A stretch of 32,000 bases of DNA from Candidatus Saccharimonadota bacterium (GCA_030849405.1 CP116499.1:90001-122000), one strand, 5' to 3'; positions 18,413-28,069 are shown, numbered from the stretch's first letter. Program-made: numbers and translations. Notes: generated by a model from the sequence alone, not told the origin.

Positions 18413-20053
18413 TTAAATAATTTTTTTTAATATATAATTAATAATATATTCTTTTTTTAAAAATATTATTTTATTATTACTTCTATATTTATATTCAATA
18501 AAACCATTTTTACAATTTTTATTACTTATAATTATTAAATGAGGTATACCAATGAGTTCAATATCATTAAACATTTTTCCAATTTGAATTTTACGATCAT
18601 CTAAAATTATATTTATTTTTTTTTTAAATAAATTCATATATATTTTTTCAGTTATATCATTTACAATTTTATATTTATATAAATTAATAGGTAATATAGA
18701 AACTTTAAAAGGTGCTAATTTATTTGTCCAAATAATACCTTTTTTATCATAATTTTGTTCTATAATAGCTGCAATTAATCTAGTAATACCTATACCATAA
18801 CAACCCATATGTATATTTTTTTTAAAATTACATTTATTAATAATTTTAGAATATTTATTACCTATTTTAAATATATGTCCTACTTCTATACTTTTATTAA
18901 TATATAAATTATTTATAATATTTTTTTTTTTACTATAATTTAATAAATCAGCTAAATAAAATAATTTTAAATTTTTAATCCAATTTAAATTTATCAAAAA
19001 TGCTTTAATATTATTAAATTTAATTAAAAAATTTTTCATTTTTAAAATACTATAATCAGCAATAATAGTAAAATTTAAAAATAAATATTTTATTGAATTA
19101 AAATTTTTAATTAATAATTTTTTAATTTTATTTTTTGATAAAAAATTAAATGGTTTACAAATATTATTTAATTTATAAATTTTATAAATATTTATTTTAC
19201 TATTTTTTGGAATTAATAAAATAATATTTTTATTTTTAAAATTAACAATAATTATTTTAATTAAATTTTTATTTAATAATTTTAATTTATTGTTTATTTT
19301 TTTATTTAAAATATTAAAAAAAAAAATTTGTCTATTTTTTTCAATATTTTTTTTTTTTTTATTAATATTATTATTTTTATTTAAATAATAATTATTATTT
19401 TTTTTTTTTTTAATTAAAATGTGAAATTCATGTGATAATTTACCACCAATTTCACCAGAATTTGCTTTTATAATATTAAAGAAAAGTCCTAATTTTTTAA
19501 AAATTTTAATATAAGTTTTATAAATATTATTATATATTTTTTTTAAACATTTTTTACTATTATGAAAAGAATATGCATCTTTCATAATAAATTCTCTTGA
19601 TCTAATTACACCTAAATTAGGACGTATTTCATCTCTAAATTTAGTTTTAATTTGAAAAAATTTTAATGGTAATTGTTTATATGAAGTAATTTCATTACTT
19701 ATTATTTTACTAATTATTTCTTCATTAGTAGGACTTAAAATAAATAATTTTTTTTTTCTGTCATAAAATTTAATTAATTCTAAACCATATTTTTTTAATC
19801 TTTTACTTTTTTTCCATAAATTAGCAGATTGTGCTATAGGCATATTAATTTCTAAAAAATTAATTTTATTCATTTCTTTTTTAATTAATTTAATAATATT
19901 TTTTAATATTATTAAACCTATTGGTAACCAAACATAAAAACCTGAATTTAATTTACGTATCATACCAGATTTTAACATTAATTTATAACTTATTATATCA
20001 GAATTAAAAGAAATATCTTTAATAGTATATAAATTATAATTACTAGTACGCAT
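18413..20053 (-). CDS. proS: Prolyl-tRNA synthetase
   Basis: 546 aa. The N-terminus MRTSNYNLYTIKD..YKLMLKSGMIRKLNSGFYVWLP matches E. coli ProRS. Class II motif 2 FRDEIRPNLGVIRSREFIMKDAYSF and motif 3 GCYGIGITRLIAAIIEQN are present. Confidence 0.95.
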   Translation of the reverse strand: MRTSNYNLYTIKDISFNSDIISYKLMLKSGMIRKLNSGFYVWLPIGLIILKNIIKLIKKEMNKINFLEINMPIAQSANLWKKSKRLKKYGLELIKFYDRKKKLFILSPTNEEIISKIISNEITSYKQLPLKFFQIKTKFRDEIRPNLGVIRSREFIMKDAYSFHNSKKCLKKIYNNIYKTYIKIFKKLGLFFNIIKANSGEIGGKLSHEFHILIKKKKNNNYYLNKNNNINKKKKNIEKNRQIFFFNILNKKINNKLKLLNKNLIKIIIVNFKNKNIILLIPKNSKINIYKIYKLNNICKPFNFLSKNKIKKLLIKNFNSIKYLFLNFTIIADYSILKMKNFLIKFNNIKAFLINLNWIKNLKLFYLADLLNYSKKKNIINNLYINKSIEVGHIFKIGNKYSKIINKCNFKKNIHMGCYGIGITRLIAAIIEQNYDKKGIIWTNKLAPFKVSILPINLYKYKIVNDITEKIYMNLFKKKINIILDDRKIQIGKMFNDIELIGIPHLIIISNKNCKNGFIEYKYRSNNKIIFLKKEYIINYILKKII

Positions 20054-20273
20054 AAATTTATCTTATTTAAAATTAAATATTTTTAATTTCTTAAAATTAT
20101 TAATGTTTTATTTTACTATATATTTTATTATTTTGAAATATTTAGTAAGTTTTAAAATATTTTAAAATTTTATAATGTTTTTATTTTTAAAAATAAATAA
20201 AAATTTTTAAAGTTTTATTATTTTCTAAATTTTTAATTATTATTATTATTTTTAAAAAAAAATAAAATATTAA

Positions 20274-20301
20274 TTGATTTTTTAAAAAAAATAATTATAT
20301 T
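20274..20301 (+). promoter_or_regulatory. Candidate sigma70 promoter for rpsB-tsf-frr
   Basis: TTGATT, then a spacer of about 16 nt, then TATATT, ending about 30 nt upstream of the rpsB ATG. This is a weak call in A/T-rich sequence. Confidence 0.25.
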
Positions 20302-20331
20302 TAAAATAATATTAATTAATGTGGATTAATT

Positions 20332-21018
20332 ATGTTTAAAATATCTATGTATGATATGATTAAATCAGGTATTCATTTTGGACATCAAAAAAAATATTGG
20401 AATCCAAAAATGAAAGAATTTATATTTGGTATTAAAGATAAAATACATATTATTAATTTAGAAAAAACAATAATTATGATAAATAAAGCTATGAATAAAC
20501 TTATGGAAATTTCATCAAAAAATGGAAAAATTTTATTTATTGGTACTAAATCTGTAGCATATAAAGCAATTCAAATGTATTCTTTAAATTGTAATCAATT
20601 TTATGTTAATTATCGTTGGTTAGGAGGAATGTTGACTAATTGGAATACAGTTAATAAATCGATTAAAAAATTAAATAATTTGGAAATTCAATTAAAAAAT
20701 GGTATTTTAAATCAATTAACTAAAAAAGAATCATTAATATATAAAAATAAATTTAAAAAATTAAAAAATACATTAGAAGGTATTAAATATATGAAAACAT
20801 TACCTAATGCTATATTTGTTATAGATTCTAATCGTGAAAAAATTGCTATAAAAGAAGCTAATAAATTAGGAATTATTGTATTTGCAGTTGTAGATACTAA
20901 TTCTGATACAAATGGTATAAATTATATTATACCAGGTAATGATGATTCAATACATGCTATTAAATTTTATTTAAAAAATGCAGTTTTAGCAATAAATGAA
21001 GGAAAATTTAAAAAATAA
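20332..21018 (+). CDS. rpsB: 30S ribosomal protein S2
   Basis: 228 aa with MIKSGIHFGHQKKYWNPKM, and YRWLGGMLTNWNTV (cf. the E. coli S2 RWLGG region). Confidence 0.96.
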   Translation: MFKISMYDMIKSGIHFGHQKKYWNPKMKEFIFGIKDKIHIINLEKTIIMINKAMNKLMEISSKNGKILFIGTKSVAYKAIQMYSLNCNQFYVNYRWLGGMLTNWNTVNKSIKKLNNLEIQLKNGILNQLTKKESLIYKNKFKKLKNTLEGIKYMKTLPNAIFVIDSNREKIAIKEANKLGIIVFAVVDTNSDTNGINYIIPGNDDSIHAIKFYLKNAVLAINEGKFKK

Positions 21019-21047
21019 AATTAATTATTTTAAATTAAAAGGATTTT

Positions 21048-21833
21048 ATGTTTAAAAATAATATAAATAAAATTAAAGAATTAAGAAAAATTACAGGATC
21101 TGGTTTAATAGATTGTAAAAAAGCATTAATTAAATCAAATAATAATATTAAAAATGCAATTATTGAAATGAGAAAAATTGGAATTTTAAAATTTGATAGA
21201 AAAAAAAATATTAAAATTATTAAAGGTATTGTTAAAATAATTATAAAAAAAAATTTGGGTATAATTATTGAAGTAAATTGTCAAACAGATTTTACTTCAA
21301 AAAGTAAAGAATTTAAAAATTTTGTTAATAATATTATTCAAAAAATATTAAATAATAATTTTAAATATAAAATAAATTATAATTTAATTTATAAAAAAGA
21401 AATTATAAATTTATTTAATAAAATTAAAGAAAATATAAATATTAAACGTGTTAGTATTTTAAATAAAAATATTATAGAAAAATATAATCATAATAATAAA
21501 ATAGGTGTACTAATAAACGCAAAGTTTATACAAAAAAAATTATTAAAAAAAATTGCTATGCATATTACTTCTGATAAACCAGAGTTTATTAGTATAGAAA
21601 ATATAAATTATAATTTAATTATTAATGAATATAAAATACAAAAAAGTATTATTATTAAAAAAATATTATATAAAAAAATATTATTCGGAAAACTTATTAA
21701 ATATATAAATAAAATAACTTTAATAAATCAAAAATTTATTTTTAATACTTTAATTAAAATTAAAAAAATTTTAAATAATAAAAATTCAATTATATTAAAT
21801 TTTATTAGATATGAATTAGGTGAAAAAATTTAA
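21048..21833 (+). CDS. tsf: Elongation factor Ts
   Basis: 261 aa with N-terminal UBA-like IKELRKITGSGLIDCKKALIKSNNNIKNAIIEMRKIG and EVNCQTDF. It follows rpsB, with an AAAGGA SD. Confidence 0.93.
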   Translation: MFKNNINKIKELRKITGSGLIDCKKALIKSNNNIKNAIIEMRKIGILKFDRKKNIKIIKGIVKIIIKKNLGIIIEVNCQTDFTSKSKEFKNFVNNIIQKILNNNFKYKINYNLIYKKEIINLFNKIKENINIKRVSILNKNIIEKYNHNNKIGVLINAKFIQKKLLKKIAMHITSDKPEFISIENINYNLIINEYKIQKSIIIKKILYKKILFGKLIKYINKITLINQKFIFNTLIKIKKILNNKNSIILNFIRYELGEKI

Positions 21834-21946
21834 AGTAATATAATTATTTAATTTATATTAATAAAGATATTGTATTATTATTTTATAAATTTATAATTTA
21901 ATATCTTATTAATTTAATTAAAAATTAAATTTTAAAGGAATAATAA

Positions 21947-22504
21947 ATGTTTAAAGAAATTATAAAAATTAATAAAAAAGAAATGGAAAAAGTTTATTCT
22001 ACTTATATTAAAAAAATTTCAAAAATTAATACTGGAAGAATTTCTATAAAAATATTAGATGATATATTAATTAAATATAATAATAGCTTTGTTAATTTAA
22101 AAAAAATATCAAATATTACAGTAATTAATTATAATACAATAAAAATAAATTTATTTGATTTTTCTTTAAGTAATATAGTTAAAAATACAATTATAAAATC
22201 TAATTTAAATTTATCAGTATTTATTACAAATAATGATATTATAGTAACTCTTCCACAAATAAATGAAAAAAGAAGAAAAGAATTTATAAAAATAATACGT
22301 TATAAATCTGAAAATAGTAGAATTATAATTAGAGCAATTAGAAGAGAATCAAATTTAAAAATTAAAAATTTATTTATTAAAAAAAAAATAACTTTAGATG
22401 AAAAAAAATATGCAGAAAATAAAATACAAAATTTAACAGATAAATTTATAACACAAATTAATTCAAAACTAATTAAAAAAGAAAAAGAATTATTATTAAT
22501 TTAA
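21947..22504 (+). CDS. frr: Ribosome recycling factor
   Basis: 185 aa. INTGRISIKILDDILIKYNNS, LPQINEKRRKEFIKIIR and AIRRESN match RRF. An AAAGGA SD lies upstream. Confidence 0.93.
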   Translation: MFKEIIKINKKEMEKVYSTYIKKISKINTGRISIKILDDILIKYNNSFVNLKKISNITVINYNTIKINLFDFSLSNIVKNTIIKSNLNLSVFITNNDIIVTLPQINEKRRKEFIKIIRYKSENSRIIIRAIRRESNLKIKNLFIKKKITLDEKKYAENKIQNLTDKFITQINSKLIKKEKELLLI

Positions 22505-22528
22505 TTTGTTTATAAAATTGTATATATA

Positions 22529-22572
22529 TGTATATATACACATATATGTATGTATATATACACATATATGTA
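22529..22572. repeat. Exact tandem duplication of the 22-nt unit TGTATATATACACATATATGTA
   Basis: Copies at 22529-22550 and 22551-22572 are identical. A 10-nt partial copy (TGTATATATA) precedes them at 22519-22528. The unit is built from self-complementary words TGTATATATACA and ACATATATGT. Confidence 0.9.
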
Positions 22573-22612
22573 TATATTATATATATTTTATATATAATAT
22601 ATACATATATGT
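22562..22612. repeat. Perfect 24-bp inverted repeat with 3-nt spacer (51-nt hairpin/cruciform-forming palindrome)
   Basis: Arm 22562-22585 (ACATATATGTATATATTATATATA) pairs base-for-base with 22589-22612; the loop is TTT. All 24 pairs were checked individually, including the two G:C pairs per arm. Confidence 0.9.
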
Positions 22613-22671
22613 AATTAAATATATTATAACATAAATATATAATTATATATAAAATTATTTATAGGAATATT

Positions 22672-25600
22672 ATGAATAAATTAAAATTCGTACATTTAAA
22701 AATACATAGTGATTATTCAATTATTGATAGTTTAATTAAAATTAAAACATTAATTAAAACAGCAAAAAAATTAAATTACGATTCTTTAGCTTTAACAGAT
22801 TTTAATGGTCTTTATGGAATTATTAAATTATATAAGTATTCATATAAATATAATATAAAACCTATTATAGGATCAGAATTATATATTAAAAATAAAATTA
22901 ATAATTTATCAAAATTAACTATTTTAGCATCAAATAATATAGGATATGAAAATTTAAAAATAATTATCACAAAAATACATAAAATAAGTTATAGAAATTT
23001 AATAGGACCTATAGTTAATTATAATATTTTAAAAAAATATAATGAAGGATTAATATTATTATCTGGAGGTTGTTTCGGAGATATTGGTAATTTAATTATT
23101 AATGAAAATTATGATAAAATTAATTATACATTAGATTTTTATCAAAAATATTTTAATAATAATTATTATTTAGAAATTATGCGTACAAATAGAAAAAATG
23201 AAGAAAATTATATAAATAAAATTATTAAAATTTCAGAAAATAGAAATTTACCTTTAGTAGCAACTAATGATGTATGTTTTTTAAATAAAGATGATTATAA
23301 AGCACATAAAATTAAATTACATATCAATAATTTAAATAATGTAAATAATTTAAATAATAAAGAATATAGTAAAAACCAATTTTTACGAAATAAAAAAGAT
23401 ATGTACAAAATATTTGAAGATTTACCAGAATCATTAATTAACACTGTAGAAATATCTAAACGTTGTAATGTTTTTATTAAATTTAATAAATATTTTTTAC
23501 CAATTTTTAATATTAAAAATATAACTCAATCTAAATATTTAAATATAAAAACTAAAAAAAAAATTGAAAAAAAAATTAAAAATATATTTTACGATTCTAA
23601 AATTAATATAATTAAAAGAAGTATATATTATAAACGTATAAATAAAGAATTAAAAATAATTAATAAAATTAAATTTTCTAATTATTTTTTAATTGTTGCT
23701 GAATTTATAAAATGGGCTAAAAAAAAAAAAATAACAGTCGGTCCTGGTAGAGGTTCTGGTACTAGTTCTTTAGTAGCATATTCTTTAAATATTATAGATA
23801 TTGATCCTATTAAATATAATCTTATTTTTGAAAGGTTTTTAAATCCTGAAAGAATTAAAATGCCTGATTTTGATATTGATTTTTGTATTGAAAAAAGAGA
23901 TATAGTTATTAAACATGTTAAAAAAATTTATGGTTATAATTCAGTATCACAAATTGTTACATTTGGTACTTTAACTGCAAGAGCTGCAATTAGGGATGTA
24001 GGTAGAATTTTAGGATATTCTTATAATTTTGTAGATAAAATTGCCAAATTAGTACCATTTGATTTTGGTGTTACTTTAAAAAAAACTTTTGATATTGAAC
24101 CTCTTTTTTTAAAAGCATATCAAGAAAATGTTGAAGTTAAATCATTAATTGATATGGCTTTTAAATTAGAAGGTATTATAAGAAATATAGGTAAACATGC
24201 AGGTGGAATAGTAATTTCACCTAATAAAATTATACATTTTACACCATTATTTTTTGATTTAAATGGTAAAAATATTATTACACAATTTGATAAAGATGAT
24301 ATTGCAAAAATTGGTTTAATAAAATTTGATTTTTTAGGTTTAAAAACTTTATCTATTATAGATTTAACAATTAAAATGATAAATATAAATTTTAAAAAAA
24401 AAATTTCAATTTCAAATTTAAATTTTAACGATATTAAAGTTTTTAAATTACTTAAAAAAGCAAATACTACAGCAATTTTTCAACTTGAATCAAATGGTAT
24501 GAAAGATTTAATTAGAAAAATTAAACCAAATTGTTTTAATGATATAGTTGCTTTAATAGCATTATTTAGACCAGGTCCTTTACAATCAGGTATGGTTAAA
24601 AATTATATTAATCGTAAAAATGGTAAAGAAAAAATTTCATATCCTGATATTAAATATCAACATAAATTTTTAAAACCTATTTTAAAATCTACATATGGTA
24701 TTATATTATATCAAGAACAAGTAATAGAAATAGCAAAAATATTTTCTAATTACACTTTAGGATCTGCAGATATTTTATTACATGCTATGAGTAAAAAAAA
24801 ACCAAAAGATATGATTAAAGAAAGAGATAATTTTAAAAATGGATCTGTAAGTAAAGGTATTAAAAAAGAATTATCAATTAAAATTTTTAATTTATTAAAT
24901 AAATTTGTTGGTTATGGTTTTAATAAATCGCATTCTGTAGCATATTCTATAATTTCTTATCAAACATTATGGTTAAAAACATATTATCCAGTAGAATTTA
25001 TGGCGTCTATAATGACAGCAGAAATGCAAAATACTCAAAAATTAATAAATTTATTAAATGAATGTAAAGAAATGAAAATAAATGTTTTACCACCTAATAT
25101 TAATAAAAGTATATATAATTTCAATGTTGATAAAAATAAAAATATTATATGGGGTATGGGAGCAATTAAAGGAATAGGAGAATCTACAATTACACATATT
25201 ATTAAAATAAGAAAAAAAAAAAAATTCGAAGATCTTTTTGATTTTTGTATGAGAATTAAAAAAAAAAAAATTAATCGTAGAATATTAGAAAAATTAATTT
25301 TTTCTGGTTCATTTGATTTTACTAAAAAAAATCGTTCTTCTCTTTATTATATATTAAATGATATAATAGAAATAACAGATCATTATTTAAAATACATTAA
25401 AATTGGTCAAATAAATATGTTTAATTTATTAAATAAATTACCTAATGAAATTATTAATAAATATAAAAAATTTATACCTTGGACAAGTCAATTAATATTA
25501 GAAAAAGAATATGATGCTTTAGGTTTATTTTTAACAAAACATCCAATTAATCAATATATAGAAGAAATTAAATATTATACTGGAGGTAGTTTTTTAAAAA

Positions 25601-26133
25601 ATTTACATTTAACAAAAAAAAATGAAATTAAAATTATTTCAGGATTAGTAATATTTTATAAAATTATATGTTCTAAAAATGGTAAATATATTTGTATAAT
25701 AATTTTAGATGATCAAACATGTAGAGTTGAAGTAATTTTATTTAATAATATATTTGAAAAATATAAAAATGTTATTAAAAAAAATAATATTTTAATTATT
25801 AGTGGTGAAATTTTTTTAGATAATTTTAAAAATACATATAAAATAAATGCATATGAAATTATTGATATTAATAATATAAGAAAAAAATATATTAACAGAT
25901 TAATTATTTTTTTGAATATTTATAATATTAATAGTAAATTACTAAATTATTTGTATAAATTATTTAAAAATAATCAATTTGGAAATATTCCTATTTATTT
26001 TTATTATAAAAAAAAAAAAATTACTTTTAAATTAATTTGTAACAAATATTGGAATATTAAAATTAATAATTTATTATTAATTAAATTAAGAGAATATTTT
26101 GGTTATAATAATGTAAAATTATCTTTTTATTAA
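22672..26133 (+). CDS. dnaE: DNA polymerase III alpha subunit
   Basis: 1153 aa with PHP-domain start FVHLKIHSDYSIIDS, GPGRGSGTSSLVAYSLNI, PDFDIDFC, FDFLGLKTL, and FNKSHSVAYS. An AGGA SD lies upstream. Confidence 0.97.
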   Translation: MNKLKFVHLKIHSDYSIIDSLIKIKTLIKTAKKLNYDSLALTDFNGLYGIIKLYKYSYKYNIKPIIGSELYIKNKINNLSKLTILASNNIGYENLKIIITKIHKISYRNLIGPIVNYNILKKYNEGLILLSGGCFGDIGNLIINENYDKINYTLDFYQKYFNNNYYLEIMRTNRKNEENYINKIIKISENRNLPLVATNDVCFLNKDDYKAHKIKLHINNLNNVNNLNNKEYSKNQFLRNKKDMYKIFEDLPESLINTVEISKRCNVFIKFNKYFLPIFNIKNITQSKYLNIKTKKKIEKKIKNIFYDSKINIIKRSIYYKRINKELKIINKIKFSNYFLIVAEFIKWAKKKKITVGPGRGSGTSSLVAYSLNIIDIDPIKYNLIFERFLNPERIKMPDFDIDFCIEKRDIVIKHVKKIYGYNSVSQIVTFGTLTARAAIRDVGRILGYSYNFVDKIAKLVPFDFGVTLKKTFDIEPLFLKAYQENVEVKSLIDMAFKLEGIIRNIGKHAGGIVISPNKIIHFTPLFFDLNGKNIITQFDKDDIAKIGLIKFDFLGLKTLSIIDLTIKMININFKKKISISNLNFNDIKVFKLLKKANTTAIFQLESNGMKDLIRKIKPNCFNDIVALIALFRPGPLQSGMVKNYINRKNGKEKISYPDIKYQHKFLKPILKSTYGIILYQEQVIEIAKIFSNYTLGSADILLHAMSKKKPKDMIKERDNFKNGSVSKGIKKELSIKIFNLLNKFVGYGFNKSHSVAYSIISYQTLWLKTYYPVEFMASIMTAEMQNTQKLINLLNECKEMKINVLPPNINKSIYNFNVDKNKNIIWGMGAIKGIGESTITHIIKIRKKKKFEDLFDFCMRIKKKKINRRILEKLIFSGSFDFTKKNRSSLYYILNDIIEITDHYLKYIKIGQINMFNLLNKLPNEIINKYKKFIPWTSQLILEKEYDALGLFLTKHPINQYIEEIKYYTGGSFLKNLHLTKKNEIKIISGLVIFYKIICSKNGKYICIIILDDQTCRVEVILFNNIFEKYKNVIKKNNILIISGEIFLDNFKNTYKINAYEIIDINNIRKKYINRLIIFLNIYNINSKLLNYLYKLFKNNQFGNIPIYFYYKKKKITFKLICNKYWNIKINNLLLIKLREYFGYNNVKLSFY

Positions 26134-26205
26134 TATTATTAATTTTATTTAAATTAATTTTAAAATACTTTTTAAAAATATTTTTATTTATTTGGTAAAT
26201 TTTGT

Positions 26206-26523
26206 ATGGAAAAACATATTAGAATTAAATTTAAATCTTATGATTTTAGAATAATAGAAAAATTAATATTAAATTTAATAAATATAATTTATAATACAAA
26301 TACAAAAATTTATGGTCCTACTCCATTACCTACTAAAAAAGAACGTTTTACTATTCTTATATCGCCACATGTTGATAAAGATGCTAGGGATCAATATGAA
26401 ATTTGTACTTATAAAAGAATAATAGAATTAATTATATTTGATTTTAAAACAATCGAAAATTTAATGAAAATTAAATTAATTCCAGGTATTAGTATTAAAA
26501 TAAATATTTTAAATAAAATATAA
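26206..26523 (+). CDS. rpsJ: 30S ribosomal protein S10
   Basis: 105 aa. [14 protein letters not shown]...[29 protein letters not shown] is typical of S10. Confidence 0.97.
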   Translation: MEKHIRIKFKSYDFRIIEKLILNLINIIYNTNTKIYGPTPLPTKKERFTILISPHVDKDARDQYEICTYKRIIELIIFDFKTIENLMKIKLIPGISIKINILNKI

Positions 26524-26533
26524 GGATAAAATT

Positions 26534-27175
26534 ATGATTGGATTAATTGGTAAAAAAATAGGTATGTCTAGAATATTTAAAGAAAATGGATTTTCAATAC
26601 CTGTTAGTGTAATTAAAATTGAAACTAATTTTATTATTCAAATTAAAAATTTTAAAACAGATGGTTATAATGCAATTCAAATTACTACTGGTAAAAAAAA
26701 AAAATATAACAAATCTGAAAAAGGTCATTTTAATAAAAAAGGTATTAATCCAGGTATAGGTTTATGGGAGTTTAAAATAAATAAAAAAGAAAATTTTCAT
26801 TTAATTAATAAAATTGATTTAAATTTATTAATTAATATTAAAAATATAGATATTACTGGTATTTCTAAAGGTAAAGGATTTGCAGGTACTATTAAAAGGT
26901 GGCATTTTAGTTCTCAAGATAATACTCATGGTAATTCATTATCACATAGAGCACCAGGATCAATTGGACAAAATCAAACACCAGGTAAAGTATTTAAAGG
27001 TAAAAAAATGTCAGGACATTTAGGTAATAAAAAAATAACAATACAAAATTTAAAAATTATTAAAATTGATATTAAAAAAAAATTATTATTTGTTAAAGGT
27101 TCAATACCAGGATCAAGTAATAATAATATTATTATTAAACCATCTATTAAAAAAAAGGAGATAATATGTTTTTAA
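26534..27175 (+). CDS. rplC: 50S ribosomal protein L3
   Basis: 213 aa. [15 protein letters not shown] and [50 protein letters not shown] are typical of L3. Confidence 0.97.
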   Translation: MIGLIGKKIGMSRIFKENGFSIPVSVIKIETNFIIQIKNFKTDGYNAIQITTGKKKKYNKSEKGHFNKKGINPGIGLWEFKINKKENFHLINKIDLNLLINIKNIDITGISKGKGFAGTIKRWHFSSQDNTHGNSLSHRAPGSIGQNQTPGKVFKGKKMSGHLGNKKITIQNLKIIKIDIKKKLLFVKGSIPGSSNNNIIIKPSIKKKEIICF

Positions 27176-27780
27176 TACTAAATGATACTAAAAATAAAAT
27201 TAATATATCTAAATCTATTTTTAATCAAAAATTTAATAAATCATTAGTTCATCAAGTAATTATATCTTTTTCTATTAATAAACGTTGTGGAAATAAAGCT
27301 CAAAAAAATAAATCAGAAGTTTCAGGTTCTAATAAAAAACCATGGCGTCAAAAAGGTACTGGTAGAGCAAGAGTAGGATTATTAAGAAATCCAATTTGGC
27401 GTTCTGGAGGTGTTACATTTGCGTCTAAACCTAAAAAATATAAAAATAAAATAAATAAAAAAATGTATAAAAGTGCTATTAAATGTATTTTTTCAGAATT
27501 AATTAAGCAAAAAAGATTAATTATTTTTAATAAATTTTCAATTAAATCACATAAAACTAATATATTATTAAATAAATTAAAATATATATCTGGAAAAAAA
27601 ATTTTAATTATTACTAAAATAATAGATAAAAACTTATTTTTATCTTCTAGAAACGTTTATAATATTAAAGTAAATGATATTAAAAATATTAATTTATTAA
27701 ATTTAATAAATGCTGATAAAGTAATAATTACTTTAGATGTTTTAAAACATTTTGAGAATATATATTATGATTGGAGATAA
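27166..27780 (+). CDS. rplD: 50S ribosomal protein L4
   Basis: 204 aa. [10 protein letters not shown] and [29 protein letters not shown] are typical of L4. A GGAG SD lies upstream. It overlaps rplC by 10 nt. Confidence 0.96.
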   Translation: MFLILNDTKNKINISKSIFNQKFNKSLVHQVIISFSINKRCGNKAQKNKSEVSGSNKKPWRQKGTGRARVGLLRNPIWRSGGVTFASKPKKYKNKINKKMYKSAIKCIFSELIKQKRLIIFNKFSIKSHKTNILLNKLKYISGKKILIITKIIDKNLFLSSRNVYNIKVNDIKNINLLNLINADKVIITLDVLKHFENIYYDWR

Positions 27781-28069
27781 AGAAAAATTAATTAATATTA
27801 TATATAAAATACATATATCTGAAAAAGTAAATAATATAATTAAAAAATATAATGCTGTTGTTTTAAAAGTTTTTAAAAAAGCAAATAAAACAAATATTAA
27901 AAAAGCTATACAACAAATTTTTGAAATTAAAGTAATATCGATTAAAACATTATTAATAAAAGGTAAAAAATTTAAAATTAATAGAAATAATTATAGTTAT
28001 CATAAAAATTGGAAAAAAGCATATATTTTTTTTGAAAAAAAGAAAAAAAATTCAATTATTGATATATAA
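27767..28069 (+). CDS. rplW: 50S ribosomal protein L23
   Basis: The track ORF starts at TTG 27752. The in-frame ATG at 27767 gives 100 aa ([20 protein letters not shown]), aligning with E. coli L23 MIREERLLKVLRAPHVSEK (100 aa). WKKAYI lies near the C-terminus. Confidence 0.9.
   Translation: MIGDKEKLINIIYKIHISEKVNNIIKKYNAVVLKVFKKANKTNIKKAIQQIFEIKVISIKTLLIKGKKFKINRNNYSYHKNWKKAYIFFEKKKKNSIIDI

Noticed and set aside
20320-20328. TGTGGATTA, an 8/9 match to the DnaA box (TGTGNATAA), just upstream of rpsB
   Set aside because: It is a single imperfect box with no cluster, no adjacent AT-rich 13-mer-type repeats distinguishable from background, and no dnaA/dnaN/gidA context. It overlaps where the rpsB ribosome-binding site should be.
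22529-22562. TGTATATATACA dyads resembling a LexA SOS box (CTGT-N8-ACAG) or an NrdR box (ACAC-N8-GTGT)
   Set aside because: The spacing is wrong: TGT-N6-ACA here against N8 in the LexA consensus. The flanking C/G of CTGT/ACAG are absent. The ACAC..GT word is 2-4 nt too short for an NrdR box, and dnaE is not a known target of either regulator. No known operator matches, so I left the function open.
22529-22572. Possible CRISPR-like array
   Set aside because: There are only two directly abutting 22-nt copies with no spacers and no cas genes. This is a tandem duplication, not a CRISPR.
27752-27766. TTG start for rplW (track) and GTG start for rplV at 29203 (track)
   Set aside because: In-frame ATGs at 27767 and 29215 give N-termini and lengths matching E. 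coli L23 and L22. The upstream extensions are just the longest-ORF convention.
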